From Octopus vulgaris (lineage: Eukaryota): a DNA stretch of 64,000 nt. Positions 52,978-64,000 of the stretch are shown one piece after another. The notes under the pieces are model-generated. The model made no database searches. It was not told the DNA's origin and saw only the letters and a list, made by a program, of their open reading frames with translations. The stretch covers positions 140,368,001-140,432,000 of the forward strand of contig OX597815.1 of NCBI GenBank assembly GCA_951406725.2. The letters are read 5' to 3'. The first letter of the stretch is position 1; each line of letters opens with the position of its first letter. Position numbers and translations under genes: made by a program.

Positions 52978-53587
52978 CGTGGAAATATATCTAGTCCTAC
53001 TCTTGAACAAACAGCTCTGTTTTTCTTTTGCAGACTTTTAGGGTTAATATAGGGGAGTGTGTAGCTGTAGCTATTTGTTGAATTGAATGCAAGAAATACA
53101 AGGAGATCAAAATATGCTTGGAAAAAAATTCCCCAAAGCAAATGATCTAGCAGATAAGACGGTCTCGTAGAATTGTGAACAATTTAAAACGAACTGGTAC
53201 TATATATGTCAGAAAAGAAATGATCGTCTAAGAGATAAATATCTTCATCTAAATTCGTTTACCAATTTACGGATGACATTATTGGATCTGCTTTGGTGAA
53301 TTTCTTCTCAAACATACTTCTGATTTCTTTGGATTATCAATGTGACAGAAAACATTAAAGAAAATCCTTGCATTGCTCTTCGTGAAGCAGCACATAGTCT
53401 CAATCTCATTAAAGATGCCTGTGTATGAAATTCTGCTGGCGAATTTGTGTAAAAAGATTTTGCGTGATTCGCCAGATAACTACTACTACACGTTTCCTTG
53501 TATTCATTCTTAGATTCTGCAAAAGTAGAGCATATTTAAGCTAGTTTTTTTTTTTATTAAAATTCAGTAACTGAATTCACTTCCAAC

Positions 53588-53682
53588 ATGTATGTATGCA
53601 TGTATGTATGTATGTATGTATGTATGTATGTATGTATGTATGTATGTATGTATGTATGTATGTATGTATGTATGTATGTATG

Positions 53683-53736
<54 letters not shown>

Positions 53737-53760
53737 CCTATCTTATATATATATATATAT
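53588..53760. repeat. (TATG)n-(TATC)n-(TA)n compound microsatellite
   Basis: Directly visible. Confidence 0.95.
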
Positions 53761-53764
53761 ACAC

Positions 53765-53837
53765 TACTCGTGTATAAGTCGTACCTGAGTTTTCCTGTTG
53801 AAAACCAGCATCAAATACAGTGACTTATACACGAGTA
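53765..53837. mobile_element. Tiny MITE-like element with 16-bp perfect inverted repeats
   Basis: tactcgtgtataagtc (53765-53780) and gacttatacacgagta (53822-53837); resembles Tc2/pogo-type termini. Confidence 0.55.
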
Positions 53838-54629
53838 AATATGTATGTATATCTATGCATGTGAGTATGTATGTGTGTGTTTGAGCGCGCGTATTATATG
53901 TATAATTGTCATGTTGAATGATTGAATGAGACACTTGATAACTCAGACTGATGCAGAATATTTTAAATTGTTCGTCAGCTATTTACGCATTACTCCAATA
54001 TTTGAACCTGTAGAATTAGATAGCCGTATATCTTCATCGCTAAAACTCTCATACAAAAAAACGTAAACTGAAGAAAAACGGTAGCTATATAATTTAACAC
54101 GGAAGACAAAACAGAATAAGAATTGTCTGGGAAATAGCAATGTTGCCTACTAGGGAGATCGTGACTAATTGACTAAATGTCTTTGTTATATATCACAACG
54201 CAAAACGTACAGCATAATTGGCTCGTCAGGTCCAGTGCACAAGATAAATAATGATTTATTTTCTTCTTGCACCAATCTATTTGATATGTTGGCTGTTATG
54301 AACTTACAGCACATTAGATCTGAGTTCATACGAGATTTATAAGCACTATCATTTTTACAATGGATTTTATAATAGTACTAAGTAATGAACTCACTATTCA
54401 CAAAGAACTCTAATAAGGTGGAAATTTTTAACTGGGGAAGATTCTGCAAGATGTCTCCTAATACGATCAAGCATCTTTGCCGCTCTGGGCTGGTTTAATT
54501 TACTTATCGATCCTGAAAATATGAAAGCGGTTATTGGAGTCTGGATGCAAAGTGCCGGAAAAAAAAACAGCGTAACATATTCTTCATAACGCTCTTAAAG
54601 TAAAAATTCTGAACGAAATGACTTTTGCA

Positions 54630-54795
54630 TTTTATCTTTTACTTGTTTCGGTCATTGGACTGCAACCATGATGTCGCATTGGAGGATTTAGTCGAATAAG
54701 TTGACATCTATCTTTGTTTGTTACCGAACGGCTAAGCTGCAGGGACATAAACAAACCAACACCGGTTCTAACACAGATTCAGACACACACACACA
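54630..54795 (-). mobile_element. SINE 3' half (family of 49858)
   Basis: tttatcttttacttgtttcggtcattggactgc tail; ccgaacggctaag..gggacataaac body. Confidence 0.7.
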
Positions 54796-54905
54796 TGAAT
54801 GCATACATACATACACACACATATATGTATATATATATATATATAAGTCTGTATACATATATATATGTATATGTATATATATGTATATATGTATATGTAT
54901 AAATA

Positions 54906-54947
<42 letters not shown>

Positions 54948-55020
54948 CCAGAGAAAGCTCATAAATATGAATCTAGATGGAACAAAAGTTACTCGAATAT
55001 CGTCAGTAAAGTAACATGCA

Positions 55021-55162
55021 TTATTAATAAGGTTGCAAAGATATCACAAAAACTGTTACTCAGTTTCCTGTTCTCGTTCGTCGCAACCTAAACTGTCCGA
55101 CGAACGATAATGTGAAACGTTGAGTAACAGCTTTTGTGATGTCTTTGCAGGCTTATTAATAA
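55021..55162. repeat. Fold-back repeat (~63-bp arms) containing hammerhead-like motif
   Basis: ttattaataaggttgcaaagatatcacaaaaactgttactc versus gagtaacagcttttgtgatgtctttgcaggcttattaataa; abuts (TA)n. Confidence 0.8.
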
Positions 55163-55163
55163 A

Positions 55164-55210
<47 letters not shown>

Positions 55211-55238
55211 TACGCTCACACATATATACACTCACGCA

Positions 55239-56432
55239 CAGACATGTCGGAAGTAAATGGCACCTTTATAATAATTAAAATTTGTTTAAATCTGAAATTA
55301 TACATTCAAATAAGATTCTCATTGTTATACTGTGAATATTTAATATTTAGTAGACATGCGCTTGGCATTTTACAATGCATGTTACTGATCAGATGACGAA
55401 TATTCCCTTGTGGAATTTCTTGACAAGTTTCATGCAGTAATCTCAAAAGATCGGGCTTTGAAGATGCTTTCTTGTTCTTCTCCATTATACCCCAGAGGTA
55501 TTCGATAGTGTTCATATCTGGTGATTGGCTTGACCATGAAAGCTTTTTAATGCCATTCTCATCCAACAAATCTTGAGTCAATTTAGCTGTCCATAAATAA
55601 AGAGTCTTCTTTAATCATTTCACCACTGGAGAGGATTGTAAGGAGTCCTTTCTGCAATATGGACGCATATTTATCTGAGTTTATGTTACCCTCACACTTC
55701 ACCAGCTCTGATCAACCATTGCTCCAAAATGCTCCCCTGATCATCACAGAATAGCTGCCGTGTTTCATTGTTGGCTGCAAATCTTTTCACATTAAATTCT
55801 TAATCAGAGTCTCCAGACCCACACTCAACCACTGTCAAAAAATACAGCAAATTTGGACTCATCAGACAATATGCCAGTGTTCCAAAATGCTAGTGGCCTC
55901 TCCACTGGCCAAATCGTTTCTCCGCTTCATGTTGGCTGGTCGAAGAAGTGGCTTCCTTCTTCTTGCTCTGCCAAAGGAATCAAATGTGTGGAGATACTTG
56001 ACAGCTGTTCTGGGACAGACCTCAACTTGATCTGCTAAGTCAGACGCCTTGCATCGAGGATTATCCTCCACACTTTTTTTTTAGCAAAGCGAAGGGTCCC
56101 GTCAGAATACCCTGGTTGATTTAGGCGTGGTGATGTGGACTTCTTCCCCTCTCTGGTGAATTGCACAATCACTCTATTGACTGTAGAAAGCAGAGTCCCA
56201 AGTTTTTTTTGTGATTTTACGTTGACTATGTCCACCTTCAGAATGACCAACAATACGGCCTCTTTGAAAGTCAGAGAGTTCCAAGGCTTCTTTTGTTCAT
56301 GGCATAATCAAACAGTAACGTATAGAATCTGAAACATAAAAATGTCAATTAATAAAAAATATAATCCTATACAAATGAGAATAAACATAAAACGATGTTT
56401 TATTATGTGTCTATTTACTCCTGTCATGACTG
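55239..56432 (-). mobile_element. Degenerate Tc1-like transposon with both TIRs
   Basis: TIRs cagacatgtcggaagtaaatggcac and gtgtctatttactcctgtcatgactg; motifs RRKPLL, WSSQSPDMNTIEYLW, LISNM. Confidence 0.82.
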
Positions 56433-56455
56433 TGTGAGTGAGTGAGTGTGTGTGC

Positions 56456-56510
<55 letters not shown>

Positions 56511-56524
56511 GTATTTGTAAACAA

Positions 56525-56966
56525 ACCCGGCGGCTTGATAAGTTACGGAGAAGAAGCTCACTACTTTTCAGTCAGTTGTTTAGATAAATATCGCTTTAAA
56601 TCGGAGTATTTATATTATCATTTATGATATATTATTGAAAAAGACACTCAGGTTTCAATTGCACAAGATCTCCTTGTTTGTGTTGAAAACGATGAAAACT
56701 TTTGAAAACGTTCCGTAGGCCTCTGATCAGGTATCGCCAAGCCTTTAACAAAATTTGATGCAGATTCTCTGCTCGACTTTCTTTGTGATGATCAGTGCGA
56801 CGATCACACGCTACACACCTTCTTTCCAATGACTGCTGCAAACATCGCAAGTAAGCTAAAACGTTAAAAGTTAATGCGCATGCACAGCAGAGTTTAAGGT
56901 CAATCTATGTCAAACGGCTTTACTCTGCGTGCTTTAGCTTCGTTACTATAGCAACATTCCGGATAG
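56525..56966 (-). mobile_element. Mariner deletion derivative (transposase N-terminus only)
   Basis: Minus strand VEQRICIKFC*RLGDT*SEAY resembles the mariner N-terminal HTH start; ends uncertain. Confidence 0.45.
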
Positions 56967-56987
56967 TTATTGATAAGACCAAGTGTA

Positions 56988-56988
56988 G

Positions 56989-57076
<88 letters not shown>

Positions 57077-57600
57077 CGTTGTTGTTGCTGAATGAGAGAG
57101 CAGTGCATGCTATCAAAGTGACACTAGGGTAAAAGCCGTGTATACCCATCATGACTACCCGTCTGATAAGAGTACACCAGGCACGTGCATCAAAACCAAA
57201 TGTGCGCGACATGGTGATCTCATATCAAGATAAACAGCGCATGACCTTGCAGGTGGGGCCCAGTTAGAATTTTCTTCTGGTCGAGTAGCCCATCACACTC
57301 AAGAGGTCCCTGAATAAGAGTTGTTTAAGGATGTTGAACAAACCATCCATGTTTCCAAAGGTAAATTATCCAAACCTCCAAGAATTCCTTTCAACACACG
57401 GCTATGATGCTCCCCCACTACTTCTGTTTGTGGTCAGAGATGCACATATCGTCAGCCACTAAGGGACATGGTCAACTGGTTAAGGTCAAACAACTGACAA
57501 GCAAATCTGTGGTATTGAGCAGAATATTTGCTGTAGCCCATCTTTTATACCAAGACAAGACAATGTACATGATAATACTCTCAATCAGTTAAGATCAGAA
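56988..57600 (-). mobile_element. Interspersed non-coding retroposon-like repeat with (TAA)n/(CAA)n tail
   Basis: Body 57088-57600; second copy at 41688, also adjacent to (TTA)n. Confidence 0.65.
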
Positions 57601-58549
57601 TAATATTATATATTATACACACAGACTACACACACATACACACAAACACCCGGTCATACGCACACTAACTGTCCACCACACACACATATTCATGCACATA
57701 TATTTGTGAAGGGCAACTCCTCGGACCTTAGCATAGTTTCTCTTTCTAATGTCATTGACAACGCTGACGTTCAGCATAAAATTATATAGGTCGGTGCCGT
57801 GGAAGAAAATCATTATTGCTGTCATTATATGCATATAAAACAACATAGATTCTTGCATAATACATACACACATATATATGTATATAAACACACACACACA
57901 CTTAAACATATAAATACTCGTATACATGAAATATATATATATATATATATATGCTTATACTCCCACTCACTCTACCCGTATATCCGGGTATATGCGTGTA
58001 TGTATGAACGTTGGTATCTATGATGCGTGTATAGTTGTATTGACGATCTTCAGCTTTCGATTGAATAATATATGAAACAGCTAAGGAAAGGGCGAGAGAA
58101 AGAGGGAGAGAGAGAGAGAGAGAGAGAAACGGAGATAGAGAGTGGCGGAAAGAGAGTGAGTGGTGGGAGAAGAGTGAGAAGGAGAAGGAGAAGAGAGACG
58201 GGACTATACTCTGAACATGTAAATGTGTTGATGCAATGACAAGACAAATCAATATCTCTACTGTGATGAAGGCCAGTAGTTTGTGTTTTAACAACGAACC
58301 CCTCATCATCAGTAACTATAGTAACACAAACTCCACTGCCTGTAGCAATAAGCAACAACAACAAGAATAACAGCGAGCCACCCACCACCAGCGCCAGCAC
58401 CACTACCACCTTCACCAAAACAACAGCAACGACATCAACAACGACAACAATAAAAACAATTACAGCAACACGACATATAAAACACACAAACCACATTATT
58501 TTAATTTTCTATTCAATACTTTCTCTGTGGTTAAGAAGAAGTCGAAGAT

Positions 58550-58662
58550 TATGATAATGATGCTGGTTGAATGATGATGATGGAGGTGATGATGATGATG
58601 ATGATGGTGGTGGTGATGATGATGATGATGATGATGATGACGACGATGATGATGATGGTGAT
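58550..58662. repeat. (GAT)n microsatellite
   Basis: Directly visible. Confidence 0.9.
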
Positions 58663-60831
58663 ATTAAAACCATTAATGTTTTCACTTTATGTAGTGTTTT
58701 AACACTTCAAGTACGTTTTATCTGTGTCCGGTGGAGTAGCAGAATCTGTAAAGTGTTATACAAAACTAATTTCAGAATTAGTTCCGCCTTTTTACCGTCT
58801 GCATTCAAAACCCGCTGAATGAAATTTTTTCATTCATCCTTCCGTCATCGATGAAATATAGCACTTGCCAACGATGAAGTTATCCTAATCGACTGCCGAT
58901 CTAGGCCAATATACGACTGCTAATACGGTAGATTGGACCAAAAATCTTCTTCCAACTGTAGGATAAATCTGACGAGTGAACTGGAACGTTTGTTGTATTA
59001 CTTAACTGTCACACCAGTTCTATTTCTCCAAAGCATCCCATATTACTGCCAACATAACATATCTAGGGCATGTTTACACACGTACACAATCTCAAGCGGA
59101 AATCATTAACGATTGAATAGAAAATAAGTAGGTTTTTTGTTTCTACGCTGTGTTTTTTTATTGCTATAGAATAATTTGATATTTGGTTGGAATTAAATTC
59201 AGTGATTCGCAACTGTCAAACGAGTTAGTAGTAAATAAATTCATCTTTTCTTTATAACAGACTCAGAAAAAAACTTCTAAATTCATGTACCAAAGTCTTG
59301 CTTGTTTTCATGTTTCCAAGAGTGATATCTTGACGAAACCCTTTTATGTATAGCAGAACCATTCATGATGGCAAGATCGAGGATAGCAAGAACGATTCTA
59401 CCTGAAAACCCCAGACGTCTAACGGTTTATCAATTCACTTAAATTTATTTCAACTCAACGGCTGTGAAAGTAAATAAAGTTTATAACTGATCCCGTATCT
59501 CCTATAATATTGCTTTGCTTGCCGATTAGTTGGTTGATAAGCAAAGGAGCGTGTGCTACCTGGTGGATGATATCTAATAATCGTTATTCGGATATATCAT
59601 ATAGGTGTATTCATTCCGTAGATCAACACAAGTCAACAGTTGGTGAAGTAGTAGGAATGTCAATCGGCAGCAGTATTCAAGTCTCAGTGGCCCCATTTAG
59701 GATTCACTCTGCTCAACCTAAATAGGGAAGAACTAGAAAGATAATTTGGCCCGCAAAATCTTGGCTGAGAAGCTGTATCTAGAAGGTTATGCGGTGAAGA
59801 TGAAATTCAATCTCGGATCAACCATAGAGAAAAACAGTTTTGTTTTTGCATAGGAATTCCAGAAATTTTAGTTTCAAAATATTGTTTACGGTGAGACTTA
59901 AAGAGCAAGTAAGAGGTATTTAAAAGAAAAGGAAAGCTCAAAACAAGTTTCTGTGAAGAGGTATTGATGGTGATCATCGGAACATTCACAGAGTAGTTAT
60001 TCAACGAATCTCGAGATACACTGTGAAACAGTTCATCAATCACCAACAAGCAATAGTGATTTGCTCTAACTCTGCACGGGGAACACGAATCAAGAAGTTC
60101 ATCGCTGAACATGAAGGCATCGTCTCCTATTTTCTGAACAACGTCAACATCCTTTCTTAGGAGATTTCAAAGTCAGAGTCGAGAAATTCCATAGGTCCTA
60201 GTAATTTTCGAAAAATGGAGTTCGCAAGGCCAATTTCAACAGGTTGAATACAGCCTGGTGAGTACAAATATCCTATTTTTGCCACAACAATAGGTATAAT
60301 ATTTCTTCTGATCATCCATGCTCCATAACCACCCCCATCTACTATAGCATGGCATGACATAAAGACCTCCAGGTGTATACTGAAAGTAAGAAGGCTTGCA
60401 GCTTATGAGTGCTGGATAGACCATCACTCCATCTCCTCCATAACAAAGCACATTATGGACACGATGGATTACAAGCTGTTTATAAAGGCCATATATCTCA
60501 AAGTTATAACCAACAGTAATGTTTGAAATCACGTTTAGCACTGTATATATCTTAATACATAATTTTGTATGTTTAACAATGTGTAATGGCATATCAATCT
60601 GTATTTGCATGTGTATCTGTCTGGAATTGCCTTTTTGTATGTATGTATGCAGACATATAACAGACTCTATCAGTATTTAGGAGTACAGTAAGTGTTTAAT
60701 TTTTTCTACATCTGATTCCAGACCACTTCTGATGTACAGGAGGAAATAAAAAATGAGTAACCAGCAGCCGGTGAAGGTTTACTGCGTTTATTCGTGTTAC
60801 ATATGTGTGTGTGTGCGCGTGCGTGTGTGTC

Positions 60832-60864
<33 letters not shown>

Positions 60865-61289
60865 CAAATCAATGTAAATCTGACTTCATTGTTACTAGGG
60901 AAGCAAGAGAATCATTTGTTTCTTCATTGTAATCGGAACTGCTTCTATATCACTTCCTTTCTTCCGGGAAGACTATTTACTTTATCTGTCAGACCAGTAA
61001 GCAGCCATTAAGCAAAGCAACAATCAACTTTTCCACTCTTTCATTCTACAGAGTTTTGCTAAAATCTGCGTCAGAATATATTGTAGGCATGTTTGGTTTT
61101 CACTTGAAATTTCCATTTCAGCCATTTAAAAAATTGTCTATAGAGACTTCAAACACATTTGGTGTATATTTATATAGAGGCGCTGTGTACATCCGGTATT
61201 TCTAGGCGAATTTATTTACTTATCAATCCGATTGGCGAAGCAAGGGTGCTCACAGGGCAACGCACAAACATATACATGTCTAATATGTT

Positions 61290-61370
61290 TATATACATAC
61301 TTATACACGCACACACGCGCTATATATGTATATATACATATGTATGTGTGTGTATATATATATATACTTA

Positions 61371-61402
<32 letters not shown>

Positions 61403-61429
61403 CTTATATACATATGTATATATATATGT

Positions 61430-61525
<96 letters not shown>

Positions 61526-61580
61526 TACATGAATATACAGATATGCGTCATATATGTGTGCGTTTGTGTGTGTGTGTTTA
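61290..61580. repeat. (TA)n-rich compound microsatellite
   Basis: Directly visible. Confidence 0.95.
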
Positions 61581-62083
61581 TATTTAATACATATCATATG
61601 CACGCACACGCACACATAAAATATGAAGCCACACATACAAATACCAATTCACATATACTGGAAACACACATGTGCCTAAACACACAATTGCATACACACA
61701 CACACACACACCATACTCATACACAGGCATGTATACATAGAATATATTTTGTCTGCCATAACGGTTTTATTCGCTGTTCAACAGAGCTTATTACTTCCAC
61801 GGTTCGTGTGGCTAAGAGAAAAATGCATTGAACAAATGTAGCCTTCGATTTCAAAAATATAATGACTTTTTATCCACCTCGCTTTGAGCTCATTAATTTT
61901 ATTTTGGTCTTTATTGATTATATGATAAAAAGGGTTATTAATATACATACATACATGCATACATACACACGTGTTAACTACATCTCAAAGATGGAGCCTT
62001 GTATCTTTGTTGGAAACCAGCTCCTTCCTCAGTGGAGGATTTATATTAATTACAAAATAGAAGAAACACACACAAAGACACAG

Positions 62084-62129
<46 letters not shown>

Positions 62130-63181
62130 CATACATTAAACAACGAAGGTGGCGAGACGCAATATAAAACCGAAAAGGAAACATTTAATTGTCCCTAGTA
62201 GTGACTGAGTGTACAGGGAGGTACCTATTTTGCTAGAAGCAAAGAATCAAAGATCATTATAGTCACAAAAAGAGCATGCCTAAGTACTGACTGGGGAGAT
62301 AACCGCCCCACCGCTGCGAACGAGGTCACTACAGAAGAGCATTAATGATACACAGATCCTGCACACTTCGGAATTACAACCGTGTTTCGTGGTCTGCTAC
62401 AACAATAGCTCCTTTATAGAATCCAGTTAGCTCAAGATATCATCAGGAGGAACCACGTCCGGTTTCGGCCCCTACTCCTCTACCGTTTTGATGTGGCGCA
62501 CCCCCTCCCCATCTTTCGGAGGTATCTTCAGCTCTGGTGTTGGGTGCATGTCTTCTTTCTTCTTTCTTCTGTTCCCTGGCCTCTTCGATGTAGCGTCAAC
62601 GAGTGTCAGCGGGCGACTGACTGACTTGTCAAACTATTCCCTTTTAAATACCTGCCGTTAGGCTTTTGCAGGCATCCCCTTCAAGTTGTCACGTAACACT
62701 GTCTTAACTTTAACTGACCAATGAAGGTGCGTAGTCTTAGCCCACACATTCTCTAAACGACCATCACCTGTCAGTTAGCGAAGCTTATTCAGTGTCAGCT
62801 TGTCTCACCTAGTGATGTTATTTCCCACCGGCATGTTATGACTTTCAAGCCATTTTTGGTCTTTCCGCTTCAGCCATATATAGAAGCTGGCTTTTTCGAC
62901 CGCCTCCTGTACTCTCTCTTATTAGTTTTCGCGGCTCCGAGCTAGAAAAAAACAAATCTTCTTTGTGCTGGATGGGGGAGCTGGACTCCCTTTTCGAAAA
63001 TATAAGGACACAGACATTGTGTCGTATAGCCGTCTGGAAACGATGTTTCCTGGGGCTAAACAACAGTAACAGTAGTCCCATCCAGGGCAGCCACATTATG
63101 TTGGCAAATTGTCTTTACTTCAAAGAACTGTTACTGAATATCTCTTGTTGATCTCTCGTTGAGAGATTTAGAAATAACGTT

Positions 63182-63275
<94 letters not shown>

Positions 63276-63280
63276 ATATG

Positions 63281-63380
63281 AAATAATATGTTACATTACT
63301 CAATAGTCAAGATAAAACTCTGAGTTTCATCTGAAACTCAGAGTTTTATCTTGACTATTGAGTAATGTAACATATTATTT
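63281..63380. repeat. Perfect 49-bp inverted repeat with 2-nt spacer
   Basis: 63281-63329 is the exact reverse complement of 63332-63380; the right arm continues as a homolog of 48987-49095. Confidence 0.95.
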
Positions 63381-63450
63381 TATAGATAAATTTCCTCTAT
63401 TTACATAATATTGAGGTCTCTTTCTTTCTTTTGTTATCTTACCGTTTTTA

Positions 63451-63504
<54 letters not shown>

Positions 63505-64000
63505 TACATACATATACATATATATATATATATATATATAAACGAAGCTGAAAATGTACTGGGAGTCTTTTACATTTTTGAATTTTTATATAAATCAAAG
63601 GTGGTGTGTTAAAATTACCTTGCGTAGCGTAATTTTCGCAGAGTGATATGGGAATTGCGTTGGCAGAGGGTTATGCCACAGCAAAATGAGCCACTCAGTA
63701 TTAATTAGTCTTGATTATTCTTGATTATTCCATCTTTTATTTATACTGTTGATTCCAGAAAAAGCAACTAAATACATAAATTAAATAGAAATGTCATTAT
63801 AAGATTTCTTAGTATAGCACTGGCTTTAGAAAATGCTTTGAACTCTCACCGGCATTTAATTATGTAGTCCTGTATCTTCGTGAAGTAATATCCATACCTC
63901 TCCTCAAGTAACGTTAACGAGTAATATTTCATTTTTTGCTGTGGAATAGACGTGGTGGACACATCTCCGTTCTATTAATAGTTGTGTATACCATTTAACC

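Noticed and set aside
58050-58818. Hydrophobic membrane-like ORF and poly-Asp ORF
   Set aside because: Derived from (CAA/CAC)n, (GA)n and (GAT)n low-complexity tracts

Overview
Repeat-dominated, AT-rich animal genomic DNA; the SINE families and microsatellite load point to a cephalopod, most likely Octopus (inference). I can support no host protein-coding exon, and most ORFs in the track are microsatellite translations. The largest element is a nearly full-length, young but disabled Tx1-clade LINE (6451-12556) with no poly(A) tail, sitting inside a (TATC)n tract. The rest is a patchwork of CR1-group, R4/Dong, RTE and Penelope-like retroelement fragments, tRNA-derived SINEs, Tc1/mariner and Chapaev-like DNA transposon relics, a non-autonomous Helitron and MITEs. 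Best leads: (1) a dispersed set of short Penelope-pLTR-like units with hammerhead-ribozyme folds, several built as long fold-back palindromes beside (TA)n tracts and one bounded by a clean 7-bp target-site duplication; (2) a SINE whose 3' tail matches the Tx1 LINE 3' end, part of a modular SINE system with swappable LINE-derived tails; (3) possible (GATA)n targeting by the Tx1 element. All alignments and folds were done by eye. Family names come from recalled motifs, not database searches.
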